From the NCBI GenBank assembly GCA_963663235.2, contig CAXXNO010000007.1:1-25817 (forward strand): DNA of 25,817 nt, in the 5' to 3' direction. This DNA is from Dehalococcoidia bacterium (GTDB lineage: Bacteria; Chloroflexota; Dehalococcoidia; Bin125). Under the pieces are notes generated by a model. It worked only from the letters and a program-made list of their open reading frames with translations, was not told the DNA's origin and did not search any database. Positions within the stretch are counted from its first letter, which is position 1. Each line of letters begins with the position of its first letter. A program made the translations under genes and the position numbers. This document shows, one piece after another, positions 16,732 to 25,817 of the stretch.

Positions 16732-17748
16732 ATGAGATCGCTGGTCGGCCGCCACCGCTGGTCCCTGCTGCTCGTTCCGCTCGTCGCCGGCCTGGCGCTC
16801 GCCGCCTGCGGCGACGAGAGCGGCGCCGAGACGGAGAAGGTCACCGTGGTCACGACGATCTCCCCCCTCCGCAACATCATCGAGAACGTCGGCGGCGAGC
16901 GCGTCCATGTCGTCGGCCTCGTGCCGGAGGGCGCCGACGCCCACACCTTCGATCCTCCGCCCTCCGCCGCCCGCCGCCTCGCGGATGCGGACCTCGTCGT
17001 CCTCAACGGCCTCAATCTGGAGCTCCCCACCCTCGAGCTTGCCCGAGCCAATGCGGGCGATGACGTGGAGCTCCTCCTGCTCGGCGACGCCGTCATCTCG
17101 CCCGACGACTACGTCTTCGACTTCTCCTTCCCGGAGGACGTGGGCAACCCCAATCCCCACGTCTGGACCGACCCCGTGCTCGCCCAGGACTACGCCGCTC
17201 TGATCCAGGAGGCGCTCTCACGCGTCGACCCCGAGGGCGGGCGCTACTACGCCGCAAACCTCCAGCGCTTCCGCGCGCGAGCGGCGGACCTCCACGCGGC
17301 CTTCCAGCAGGCGCTCGCCACCATCCCTGAGCGGAACCGCAAGCTCCTCACCTATCACGACTCCTTCCCCTACTTCGGCCGCCGCTACGGCCTCGAGATC
17401 ATCGGCGCCATCGAGCCCTCCGACTTCTCCGAGCCCTCCCCCCGGGAGGTCGCCGCCCTGATCGAGCAGATCCGCGAGCAGCGACTGCCGGCCATCTTCG
17501 GCTCCGAGGTCTTCTCCAGCGCGGTGCTAGATCAGATCGCCGCCGAAGCCGGCGCCGTCCAGGTCGCCACCCTCCGCGACGACGACCTCCCCGGCGACGC
17601 CGGTGACGATGAGAACACCTACTTCGCCATGATGGTCCAGAACGTGCGCACGATGACCGTGGCGCTCGGCGGCGACGCCGCGGCGCTCGACGGCCTGGAG
17701 TTTGGCGGCGATACCTGGATTCGCGAAAGGGACCTCGATGCCGCCTAA
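16732..17748 (+). CDS. Zn/Mn ABC transporter substrate-binding lipoprotein (ZnuA/TroA family)
   Basis: Lipobox LAAC; ligand motifs DAHTF, NPHVW, YHDSF and LRDDD. Confidence 0.95.
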   Translation: MRSLVGRHRWSLLLVPLVAGLALAACGDESGAETEKVTVVTTISPLRNIIENVGGERVHVVGLVPEGADAHTFDPPPSAARRLADADLVVLNGLNLELPTLELARANAGDDVELLLLGDAVISPDDYVFDFSFPEDVGNPNPHVWTDPVLAQDYAALIQEALSRVDPEGGRYYAANLQRFRARAADLHAAFQQALATIPERNRKLLTYHDSFPYFGRRYGLEIIGAIEPSDFSEPSPREVAALIEQIREQRLPAIFGSEVFSSAVLDQIAAEAGAVQVATLRDDDLPGDAGDDENTYFAMMVQNVRTMTVALGGDAAALDGLEFGGDTWIRERDLDAA

Positions 17749-18634
17749 TGCAGCCCCCCCTCGCCCCCTGGCGCGACCCGTTGAGCACGGACCGCCGCCC
17801 GCCTCCGCCTCCCCCCAGCCGCTTCTGACGCTCTCCGATCTCAGCGTCGGCTACGACCGCGACCCGGTCCTCCACGATGTCTCGCTGCAACTGCGCCGCC
17901 GAGAGTTCGTCGGCGTGGTCGGTCCCAGCGGCTCCGGCAAGACCACGCTGCTGCGTGCGGTCCTCCAGCAGGTCCGTCGCTTCGACGGCGCTCTGACCCT
18001 CCACCCACGCTCCGGCCGCCGGACGGTGCGCTTCGGTTACGTCCCCCAGGTGGGCATGATCGACTGGAACTTCCCCATCACGGTGGAGCAGGTGGTGCTC
18101 CTCGGCCGCTGGCGGGAGTCGGGCCGGCTTCCCTGGCCCAGCCGCGGGGACCGGCGCTTGGTGGCCCAGGCGCTCGACCGCCTCGGCATCGCCGGCCTGG
18201 CCAAGCGGCACATCCGCGCTCTCTCGGGCGGCCAGCAGCAGCGCGCCTTCCTCGCCCGCGCCCTCATCGGCGATCCCGACCTCCTCCTCCTCGATGAGCC
18301 CACCGGCGGCGTCGACATCAAGACCCGCCACGAGATCATGCATCTCCTCGGTGAGCTCAACCGCGCCGGCGTCACCATCTTGCTCACCACGCACGACCTC
18401 AACGCCGTGGCCTCCCACCTGCCCCGTCTGGTCTGCATGGGCGAGGGCCGGATCGTCGCCGACGGCTCCCCCGTCGACGTGCTCACCCCCGATGTCCTCC
18501 GCCGCACCTACGGCGCAGACATGCTCGTCGTCCGCCACGGCCGCGCCATCTACGTGCTCGAGCACCCGGACGGAGACGCGCAAGGGATCCGCGATGGCTT
18601 GGAGGTCGCTGCCGCGGGCGGCGCCGCGCCCTAG
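17738..18634 (+). CDS. Zn/Mn ABC transporter ATP-binding protein
   Basis: Walker A GPSGSGKT, GYVPQ, LSGGQQQR, Walker B LLLLDEP, TTHD. Confidence 0.95.
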   Translation: MPPNAAPPRPLARPVEHGPPPASASPQPLLTLSDLSVGYDRDPVLHDVSLQLRRREFVGVVGPSGSGKTTLLRAVLQQVRRFDGALTLHPRSGRRTVRFGYVPQVGMIDWNFPITVEQVVLLGRWRESGRLPWPSRGDRRLVAQALDRLGIAGLAKRHIRALSGGQQQRAFLARALIGDPDLLLLDEPTGGVDIKTRHEIMHLLGELNRAGVTILLTTHDLNAVASHLPRLVCMGEGRIVADGSPVDVLTPDVLRRTYGADMLVVRHGRAIYVLEHPDGDAQGIRDGLEVAAAGGAAP

Positions 18635-18642
18635 CCTCCGCG

Positions 18643-19521
18643 ATGGACACGCTGGCCGAGCCCTTCCAGTTTGAGTTCATGGTCCGCGCCATGGTGGCCG
18701 CCACTTTGGTGGGGCTGCTCACGGGCACGGTGGGCGTCTACGTCGTCCTCCGGCGCCTCGCCTACATCGGGCACGGCCTCTCCCACGCCATCTTCGGCGG
18801 CGCCGTGGTCTCGTTCGTCTCCGGCATCAACTTCTACATCGGCGCGACGCTCTGGGGCGTCTTCGCCGCCTTTCTCATCAATGTCGCCGGCCGCAATCGG
18901 CGCATCGGCGGCGACGCCGCCATCGGCATCGTCACCACCGCTGCCTTCGCCGTGGGCGTCGCGCTCATCAGCCGCCGCCGCACCTTCACCCGCGACTTCG
19001 AGGCCGCGCTCTTCGGCGAGATCCTCGGCATCACCAATTCAGACCTCTTCGTCGTCGCCGGGGTGATGGCGCTGGTCGCTGTGGTCGTCTTCGTCTGGTG
19101 GAAGCAACTCCTCTTCACCACCTTCGATGCCGACGTCGCCCGCTCCTACGGCGTCCCCGTCAACTGGGTCGAGGCCCTCTTCTCCCTCATCCTCGCCGCC
19201 ACGGTGATCGCCTCGCTCCAGATCCTCGGCGTCACGCTGATCGCCGCGGCGCTCGTGATCCCCCCCGTCACCGCTCGTCTCCTCACCGACTCCTTCGCCC
19301 ACATGCTGCTGCTCTCCGCCGCCATCGGCGGCCTCTCCGGTTTCGGGGGGGTGTACCTCTCTTGGTTCGTGGATGTCTCCTCCGGCGCGACCGTCGTCCT
19401 CCTCCAGGCCGCGATCTTCGCCCTCGTGCTGGCCGCTGCCTCGCTGCGTTCCCGCTGGCTTCGCCGAGAAACGCCCGGCCTGGCCCGCCTCGCCGAGGTC
19501 GGCCGCACCACCTACAACTGA
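18643..19521 (+). CDS. Zn/Mn ABC transporter permease
   Basis: GVYVVLRRLAYIGHGLSHA, LFGEILGI, TFDADVARSYG. Confidence 0.95.
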   Translation: MDTLAEPFQFEFMVRAMVAATLVGLLTGTVGVYVVLRRLAYIGHGLSHAIFGGAVVSFVSGINFYIGATLWGVFAAFLINVAGRNRRIGGDAAIGIVTTAAFAVGVALISRRRTFTRDFEAALFGEILGITNSDLFVVAGVMALVAVVVFVWWKQLLFTTFDADVARSYGVPVNWVEALFSLILAATVIASLQILGVTLIAAALVIPPVTARLLTDSFAHMLLLSAAIGGLSGFGGVYLSWFVDVSSGATVVLLQAAIFALVLAAASLRSRWLRRETPGLARLAEVGRTTYN

Positions 19522-19588
19522 CCGCTCCGCGAACGCCGTCTCTCTGGCCTCTCGGTAGCCGCACGACGCCGCCTGGCGCGCACGCCCC

Positions 19589-20374
19589 CTAGTTGCGCAG
19601 CTTCACCTCCATCAGACGCCCGCCGTCCACAACGATCTGCTGCCCCGTCACGAACGAGGAGGTATCGCTCGCCAGCCAGACCGCCGCTTGCGCGATGTCC
19701 AGCGGTTGGCCGGCCCGGGGAATCGGTTGCGCCTGCGGATACAGCGCCAGTTGTTCTTCACGCGTCGCCGCCTGCAGCCGTGGATCGGCCAATGACTGCG
19801 CCGTGACGATCAGCCCCGGCACGATCGCGTTCACTCGGATCCCTTTGTCGGCATATTCCACCGCCGCCACCTGCGTCAACCCCAGGATCCCCGATTTGCT
19901 CGCCGTGTATGCCGCCGCCAGCGGCAGGCCACGGAGCGCTGCCCCGGACGACGTGGAGATGATCGACCCGCCGCCCCGTTCGATCAGGGGCGGAATCGCG
20001 GCGCGCATCCCCAGGAACGTCCCTCGCAGGTTCACCGCAATGGTCCTCTCGAACTCCTCATCGCTGCAGTCGGCGAGATAGCCCGTGCGGTAATAGACAG
20101 CGGCGTTGTTGAACATCACGTCCAGCCCGCCCCAGCGCTCGACTGCGGCCGTCACCAGCGCCCGCACGTCGCCGTCCTTCGACACGTCCGTGCGCTGGAA
20201 AAACGCCTCCCCGCCGCTCTCGCTGATCTCGGCCGCCACCGCGCGCCCCGCCGCCTCCGTCACGTCGGCCAGCGCAACGCGGGCGCCCTCGCGGGCGAAC
20301 AGCCGCGCGCTCTCCGCGCCGATGCCGGACGCCGCCCCCGTGATCACCGCCACCTTGCCCTCCAGTGACCCCAT
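19589..20374 (-). CDS. Classical SDR family NAD(P)-dependent oxidoreductase
   Basis: TGAASGIG, NNAA, YTASK (YxxxK), IRVNAIVPG, VDGG; start ATG 20374. Confidence 0.95.
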   Translation of the reverse strand: MGSLEGKVAVITGAASGIGAESARLFAREGARVALADVTEAAGRAVAAEISESGGEAFFQRTDVSKDGDVRALVTAAVERWGGLDVMFNNAAVYYRTGYLADCSDEEFERTIAVNLRGTFLGMRAAIPPLIERGGGSIISTSSGAALRGLPLAAAYTASKSGILGLTQVAAVEYADKGIRVNAIVPGLIVTAQSLADPRLQAATREEQLALYPQAQPIPRAGQPLDIAQAAVWLASDTSSFVTGQQIVVDGGRLMEVKLRN

Positions 20375-20424
20375 CTTCTCGTTCCCCTCTTTTCTGTCTC
20401 CGCCTATCCCCGCGGCAGGCGCAT

Positions 20425-20433
20425 TGCTAGACT
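20425..20433 (+). promoter_or_regulatory. Putative extended -10 promoter for the hydrolase-LLM operon
   Basis: TGCTAGACT fits TGnTAnnnT, about 56 nt before the GTG at 20490. Confidence 0.4.
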
Positions 20434-20489
20434 CGACCCCGTTCAAGAACGGCTGCGCTCCGGCTGCCCCACCAGATCGCGAGGATACT

Positions 20490-21287
20490 GTGACAGAAGC
20501 GTTGACAGCGCTGCCCGAGGCTCCCGAGGAGTTCGTCGATGTCATCGGCGAAAAGATCCGCTGGCTCAAGAAGGGATCCGGGGAGCCCCTCCTCGTCTTG
20601 CACCATGAGATCGGAAACCCTGGCTGGCTCCCCTTCTATGAGCGTCTGTCGGAGAAGTTCGCCGTCACGGTCCCGGACTTCCCCGGCTGGGGTCAGTCCG
20701 AGCGCCCCTTGTGGATGCGAAGCGTCCGCGACCTCGCCGTCGAGATGAACCTCCTCCTGGATCAGGAGGGCATCGACCAAGTGGTGCTGGTCGGCCTGGG
20801 CTTCGGCGGCTGGGTCGCCGCCGAGATGGCCACCATGAACCAGCGCCGCTGCAAGAAGCTGGTGCTCGTGGCTGCCACGGGGATTCAGCCCAAAGAGGGC
20901 GAGATCGTCGATCAGTTCCTCCTCAGTCATTTGGACTACGTGCGGATGGGCTTCCACGACCTCAAGAACTTCGACGAGCTCTTCACCGCCGAGCCGCCCA
21001 CCGAGCTGCTCATGGACTGGGACGTCCACCGCGAGATGACGGCCCGCATCGCCTGGAAGCCCTGGCTCTTCAGTCAGACGCTCCCGCGGCTGCTCCCCGG
21101 TCTCAAGACGCCCACCCTGATCGCTTGGGGCGCGGACGACCGCATCGTCCCCCTCGTGTGCGGCGAGCAGTACCGCGACGCCCTCCCCAACGCCCGCTTG
21201 GAGATCTTGCAGGGTGCCGGGCACTTCCTGGAGATGGAGAAGCCCGACGAGCTCGCTCGACTGGTGACCGGCTTCGTCGGCTCCTGA
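20490..21287 (+). CDS. Alpha/beta-hydrolase fold protein lacking the catalytic nucleophile
   Basis: GSGEPLLVLH, PDFPGWGQS, elbow VGLGFGG (Gly in place of Ser), WGADD, GAGHF; GAGGA SD before GTG 20490. Confidence 0.9.
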   Translation: MTEALTALPEAPEEFVDVIGEKIRWLKKGSGEPLLVLHHEIGNPGWLPFYERLSEKFAVTVPDFPGWGQSERPLWMRSVRDLAVEMNLLLDQEGIDQVVLVGLGFGGWVAAEMATMNQRRCKKLVLVAATGIQPKEGEIVDQFLLSHLDYVRMGFHDLKNFDELFTAEPPTELLMDWDVHREMTARIAWKPWLFSQTLPRLLPGLKTPTLIAWGADDRIVPLVCGEQYRDALPNARLEILQGAGHFLEMEKPDELARLVTGFVGS

Positions 21288-21325
21288 CGGACCGCTGACC
21301 GCGCAGCCCACGAAAGGCACGTCGC

Positions 21326-22573
21326 ATGTTCATCGCCTACTTCACCGAGCAGCCGGACACCTCCTACCCCAAGGAGGTCGGTGATCGGCTCGGCTACACC
21401 GCCCTGCTCATGCCCAACGAGCACTTCAATGCGGAGGCGGTGAGCGGCCTCTACCAGGAGCGGCTGAAGGAATACCTCTACGTGGAGGAGGTGGGCTTCG
21501 ATGGCATCATGCTCAATGAGCACCACAACGCCCCCTTCTGCCTCCAGGCCAAATGCAACATCTTCGCCGCCGTCCTCGCCGCCATGACCAGCCGCGTCAA
21601 GATCGAGCTCCTCGGCAACCCGCTGCCCGTTAACGACAACCCCGTGCGCCTCGCCGAAGAGATCGGCATGATCGATCTGATCTCTAAGGGCCGGATCATC
21701 TCTGGCTTCGTCCGCGGCGGCGGCACCGAGCAGATCTCCACCAACGCCAACCCCGCCTACAACCGCGAGCGCTTCGTCGAGTCGCACGACCTCATCGTCA
21801 AGACCTGGACCGAGCCCGGTCCCTGGCGCTGGGAGGGCAACCACTTCCAGTTGCGCGTCGTCAACCCTTGGATCGTCCCCTTGCAGAAGCCCCACCCGCG
21901 CATCTGGATGCCCGGCGTTGCCAGCAAGGAGACGGTCATTTTCGCCGCCGAGCACCGCTACCCCTTCGTCGCCCTCAGCACCACCATCGACATCACCAAG
22001 AAGATCTGGGCCCTCTACGACGAAACCGCCCGCCGCGTCGGCTACGAGGCCGGCCCCGAGACCAAGGGCTACGAGATGCGCATCCACGTGCAGGACACGG
22101 AGGAGAAGGCCCTGGAGGCCGCCCGCCACTACATGTGGATGCAGGGCGAGTTCACCGGCGTCACCCACCCCGTCTGGCACAACCCCGCCGGCTACGGCTC
22201 GCCGTCCTGGCGCAAGCAGTTCGTGGAGATGGCCAACGGCCGCCGCAAGAACGTCGCCAACGTGGACAGCACGACTACGGTGGAAGACCTCCGCACCACC
22301 GGCAACATCATCGCCGGCACCCCCGATCAGGTGATCGAGGCCGTCCGCCACCTCCTCACCGAGCTCCGCCCCGGCATCCTCAACATGTGGTGCAGCGACG
22401 GCGGCATGAGCCACGAGACCACCATGCGCTGCATTGAGCTGATGGGCCGAGAGGTGCTGCCCGCGGTGCGCCAAATCGCCGATGGTCTCGGCCTCCAGAG
22501 CCCCTTCGAGGCCAATGCCCCTGTCAGCCTCGCCGCGACCCCCAAGCAGGAGTTGCAGCCCGTCGGCGCCTAG
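21326..22573 (+). CDS. LLM-class (luciferase-like) flavin-dependent oxidoreductase, paralog A
   Basis: GFDGIMLNEHH, PVRLAEEIGMIDLISKGR, PLQKPHP, IAGTPDQV. Confidence 0.93.
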   Translation: MFIAYFTEQPDTSYPKEVGDRLGYTALLMPNEHFNAEAVSGLYQERLKEYLYVEEVGFDGIMLNEHHNAPFCLQAKCNIFAAVLAAMTSRVKIELLGNPLPVNDNPVRLAEEIGMIDLISKGRIISGFVRGGGTEQISTNANPAYNRERFVESHDLIVKTWTEPGPWRWEGNHFQLRVVNPWIVPLQKPHPRIWMPGVASKETVIFAAEHRYPFVALSTTIDITKKIWALYDETARRVGYEAGPETKGYEMRIHVQDTEEKALEAARHYMWMQGEFTGVTHPVWHNPAGYGSPSWRKQFVEMANGRRKNVANVDSTTTVEDLRTTGNIIAGTPDQVIEAVRHLLTELRPGILNMWCSDGGMSHETTMRCIELMGREVLPAVRQIADGLGLQSPFEANAPVSLAATPKQELQPVGA

Positions 22574-22655
22574 CGCGGCCATACGCGGGATCTGCGGTCG
22601 CGATGGCGCGTGCCGCCCGCTCATCCTGCGGAGCCGTGAGGAAAGCGACCCCTCG

Positions 22656-23894
22656 ATGCTTCTCACCTACTTCACCGAGCAACCGCTGTCGGCCTACCCC
22701 GAAGACGAAGGGCTCCGGGCGGGAAACACGGCCCTCATGTTCTCCAACCGCTTCTTCGATGCCCAGGCCGCCAGTGACCTCTACCAAGACCGCCTCAAGG
22801 AGTACCTGCGGGTCGAAGAGGTCGGCTTCGACGCCATCATGCTCAACGAGCATCACAACGCCCCCTTCTGCATGCAGGCCAAGTGCAATATCTGGGCGGC
22901 GGTCCTCGCCGCCGCCACCGAGCGCGTGAAAATCCTCCTCCTCGGCAACCCCCTCCCCCTCACCGACAACCCCGTCCGCCTCGCCGAAGAGCTCGCCATG
23001 ATCGACCTAATCTCCCGTGGCCGCTTGATCCCCGGCATCGTCCGTGGCGGGGGCACGGAGCAGCTCGCCATCGGCGTCAACCCCGTCTACAACCGCGAGC
23101 GCTTCATCGAGGCGCACGACCTCATCATCAAGACCTGGACCCAGCCCGGCCCCTTCCGCTGGGAGGGCAACCACTACCAGCTGCGCGTGGTCAACCCTTG
23201 GGCCGTTCCCTTGCAGAAGCCCCATCCCCGCATGTTTGTCCCCGGCATCGCCAGCCGCGAGACCGTGATCTGGGCCGCTGAGCACCGCTACCCGTACGTC
23301 TGCCTCAACACCACCATTCCGGACACCCTGCGCGTCTGGAAGACCTACGACGAGGCGGCCGCGCGCGTCGGCTATACGCCGGGGCCGGAGCAGCGGGGCT
23401 ACCTGCTGCGCGTCCACGTCGCCGATACCGAAGAAAAGGCCATCGCCAACGCCCGCGAGTTCACCTGGATGCAGGGCGAGTTCACCGGCCTCGCGCATCC
23501 CGTCTGGAGTTCGCCCGCCGGCTACAACCCGCCCAAACAGCGCCAGCTCCTCACCGAGTTCGTCAACGGCCGCCGCTCCCTGCGACGCGCCGTCGACTTC
23601 GATCAGCAGGTCAAGGATCTCCAAATTATCGCCGGCACCCCCGATCAGGCGGTCAAGCGCCTCCGCGTCATCATGGAGGCCACCCGCCCCGGCACTTTCA
23701 TCCTCTGGGGCAACGACGGCCACGTCTCCCACGAGGACTCCATGCGCTGCATCGAGCTCCTCGGCAAGGAAGTGCTCCCGGCGGTCCGCGACATCGCCAC
23801 CGAACTGGACCTCAAGAGCCCCTTCGAGGCCGGCACCCCCGTGAGCTTGGCGCAGACCCCCAAGGAAGAGTTGCAGCCCATCCCCGCCTCGTAG
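22656..23894 (+). CDS. LLM-class (luciferase-like) flavin-dependent oxidoreductase, paralog B
   Basis: Colinear with paralog A from ATG 22656 (MLLTYFTEQP); same motifs. Confidence 0.93.
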   Translation: MLLTYFTEQPLSAYPEDEGLRAGNTALMFSNRFFDAQAASDLYQDRLKEYLRVEEVGFDAIMLNEHHNAPFCMQAKCNIWAAVLAAATERVKILLLGNPLPLTDNPVRLAEELAMIDLISRGRLIPGIVRGGGTEQLAIGVNPVYNRERFIEAHDLIIKTWTQPGPFRWEGNHYQLRVVNPWAVPLQKPHPRMFVPGIASRETVIWAAEHRYPYVCLNTTIPDTLRVWKTYDEAAARVGYTPGPEQRGYLLRVHVADTEEKAIANAREFTWMQGEFTGLAHPVWSSPAGYNPPKQRQLLTEFVNGRRSLRRAVDFDQQVKDLQIIAGTPDQAVKRLRVIMEATRPGTFILWGNDGHVSHEDSMRCIELLGKEVLPAVRDIATELDLKSPFEAGTPVSLAQTPKEELQPIPAS

Positions 23895-23937
23895 GCGGCC
23901 GCATCTCCGCCTTCACGCGAGAGGCCCGGACCAACCG

Positions 23938-24414
23938 ATGCTCATCGCCGTCGTCGGCGCCCGCGACGCCTCGCCCCAGGCCCTCCAGGCCGCCGAGGCC
24001 GTGGGCCGTGAGATCGCCGCCCGCGGCCACACCGTCATCTGTGGCGGCCTGACCGGGGTGATGGAGGCCGCCTGCCGCGGCGCGCGCGCGGAGGGCGGCC
24101 ACACCATCGGCCTTTTGCCCGGCCGCGACCGCGCCGATGCCAACCCCTACGTCGAGTTCGTCATCCCCACCGGCCTCAACGTGGCGCGCAACGCCGTCGT
24201 GGCCCTCGCCGCCGATGCCATGATCGCGATCGGCGGCGCGTACGGCACCCTCAGCGAGATCGCCTTCGCCCTCCAGTACGGCCGGCCCGTGATCGGGCTC
24301 GGCACCTGGACCTTCGATGACGGCTCCGGCCGCGATGACGTGGTCCGGGTGGACGCTCCCCTGGACGCCGTCGAGGCCGCCGTGGCGATGGCCCAGGCTG
24401 GAGGCGCCTCCTGA
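23938..24414 (+). CDS. TIGR00725 / LOG-like Rossmann-fold protein
   Basis: IAVVG, CGGLTGVMEAACRGA, ARN, GGAYGTLSEIAFAL. Confidence 0.9.
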   Translation: MLIAVVGARDASPQALQAAEAVGREIAARGHTVICGGLTGVMEAACRGARAEGGHTIGLLPGRDRADANPYVEFVIPTGLNVARNAVVALAADAMIAIGGAYGTLSEIAFALQYGRPVIGLGTWTFDDGSGRDDVVRVDAPLDAVEAAVAMAQAGGAS

Positions 24415-24420
24415 TACCAT
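24412..24420 (+). promoter_or_regulatory. Putative extended -10 promoter for the downstream CoA ligase
   Basis: TGATACCAT fits TGnTAnnnT and overlaps the upstream stop codon. Confidence 0.35.
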
Positions 24421-24486
24421 GCGCCACGCAAGCGGCTCTTCTCTGGAAGAGTGCCCTCTGGAGCTGCGCTTTCTGGAGGTGTGAAG

Positions 24487-25817
24487 GTGGAAGTCCCGCT
24501 CCTGGTCAGCGATTTCCTGCACCGCGCCATGAAGCTCTACGGCCCCAGCGAGGCCGTGGTCGATGGCGAGCAGCGCTGGACCTATGCCGAGTTCGGCGCC
24601 CGCGCCTACCAGCTCGCCCACGCCCTGGACGCTCTCGGGGTCGGCAAGGGCGACCGCGTCGGCATCCTCAGTCCCAATAGCCACCACTTTCTGGAGGCCT
24701 TTTACGGGCCCTCCTCGATCGGCGCTGTGCTCGTCCCAATCAACTACCGCCTGATCGCTTCGGACTTCGAGTACATCATCAACCACTCCGGCTGCAAAGT
24801 GATCCTGGTCGACTCCGACTACACCGCCGCCGTCGACGAGATCCGAACGAGCCTGGAGACCGTCGAGCACTTCGTCGTCGCCCGCTTCGGCGATGCCCCC
24901 GTCCCCGATGGCTGGCTCGACTGGGAAGCCTTCATCGCAGGCTGGCCCACCACCCCGCCTCCGCCCCCCGCCCTCGACGAGAACGACATCTACAGCATCA
25001 ACTACACCTCCGGTACCACCGCCCGCCCCAAGGGCGTGATGCTGACCCATCGCAACGTCTACATCAACGCCTACAACTTCCTCGTGATCGGCGGCATCTC
25101 CCAGCACGACGTGGAGATGTGGACGCTGCCCATGTTCCACTGCAACGGCTGGGGCGGCCCCTTCGCTTTGACCGCGGTGGGTGCCAGGCACGCGATCCTG
25201 CGCAAGGTCGATGCCGGAGACATCTTCAGCCTGATCGAGCGCGAGGGCGTCACCTTCGCTTGCATGGCCCCCGCCGTCCTCTCCGCCATCCTCGACTACC
25301 CGGACAAGGCCAAGCACCAGATCGCCACCCGGCCCCGCTTCTTCATCGCCGGCGCGCCCCCACCCCTGCGCTTCATCGAGCGCTTGGAGAAGGAGCTCGG
25401 CTGGGGCTTCATCCAGGTCTACGGCCTCACCGAGACCGCCCCCTTCCTCACGGTCGCTGAGGTCAAGCCCTACCTCGGCCTCGATGAGGACGGCGCGCGG
25501 CAGGTCAAGGTGCGCGCCGGCCACGATGTCATCGGCGTCGACGTCCGCGTCGTCGATTCCGATGGCAACGACGTCCCCGACGACGACATCGCCATCGGCG
25601 AGGTCGCTGTTCGCTCCAACGTCGTCCTCAAGGGCTACTGGCGACAGCAGGACGAGACCGACAAGGTCATCGTCGACGGTTGGTTCCACACCGGCGACCT
25701 CGCCACCGTCAACGCCGACGGCTACATCAACCTTGTCGACCGCGCCAAGGACATGATCATCACCGGCGGCGAGAATGTCTCCTCCATCGAGGTGGAGGAC
25801 GTCCTCTACAAGCACCC
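24487..25817 (+). CDS. Long-chain-fatty-acid--CoA ligase family protein (3' end off the window)
   Basis: Hand translation from GTG 24487 (GGAGGT SD): MEVPLLVSDFLHRAMKLYG...NYTSGTTARPKG...MFHCNGWG...YGLTE...WFHTGD...DRAKDMIITGGENVSSIEVE. Missing from the ORF track. Confidence 0.95.
   Translation, partial: MEVPLLVSDFLHRAMKLYGPSEAVVDGEQRWTYAEFGARAYQLAHALDALGVGKGDRVGILSPNSHHFLEAFYGPSSIGAVLVPINYRLIASDFEYIINHSGCKVILVDSDYTAAVDEIRTSLETVEHFVVARFGDAPVPDGWLDWEAFIAGWPTTPPPPPALDENDIYSINYTSGTTARPKGVMLTHRNVYINAYNFLVIGGISQHDVEMWTLPMFHCNGWGGPFALTAVGARHAILRKVDAGDIFSLIEREGVTFACMAPAVLSAILDYPDKAKHQIATRPRFFIAGAPPPLRFIERLEKELGWGFIQVYGLTETAPFLTVAEVKPYLGLDEDGARQVKVRAGHDVIGVDVRVVDSDGNDVPDDDIAIGEVAVRSNVVLKGYWRQQDETDKVIVDGWFHTGDLATVNADGYINLVDRAKDMIITGGENVSSIEVEDVLYKH

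Noticed and set aside
6200-23732. Many long overlapping alternative-frame or antisense ORFs (e.g. 6200..7444, 9431..10645, 21074..22666) and N-terminal extensions of real genes
   Set aside because: Codon-bias shadows; true starts were reassigned using SD sites and family N-termini.
21326-23894. Bioluminescence (luxAB) call
   Set aside because: No luxCDE or luxG; the proteins are only generic LLM-family members.
23812-25815. 667-aa minus-strand ORF
   Set aside because: Antisense to the TIGR00725 gene and the CoA ligase, which carry clear family motifs.
1-25817. CRISPR arrays, tRNA/rRNA genes, riboswitches, intrinsic terminators
   Set aside because: No regularly spaced repeats, cloverleaf or convincing stem plus U-tract recognised by eye; a covariance-model scan would be needed to exclude small RNAs.

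Overview
High-GC bacterial window. Its gene content (several luciferase-like monooxygenases, CaiB/BaiF CoA-transferase, acyl-CoA ligases, CocE/NonD and alpha/beta hydrolases, SDR, amidohydrolase, EamA pair) resembles the catabolic paralog expansions of Dehalococcoidia/SAR202-like Chloroflexota; the taxon is an inference. Left edge: the left end of an IS3-family element (orfA missed by the ORF track) that truncates a secreted-protein gene. At 3757-5997 a ~1.8 kb integrase-less insert sits between 218-bp imperfect direct repeats that duplicate the promoter and 5' end of an acyl-CoA ligase. It carries coupled micro-ORFs, a lipoprotein and a decapitated PadR-like fragment. The rest is metabolic or housekeeping: OCD/mu-crystallin protein plus CocE hydrolase, MscS, amidohydrolase, LLM, ogt, CoA-transferase, and a Zn/Mn ABC importer with tandem operator-like palindromes. 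The best candidate for an uncharacterised system is an operon pairing a nucleophile-less alpha/beta-hydrolase with two tandem luciferase-like paralogs. No rRNA, tRNA or CRISPR array was seen. All family calls are by-eye motif recognition; no searches were run.
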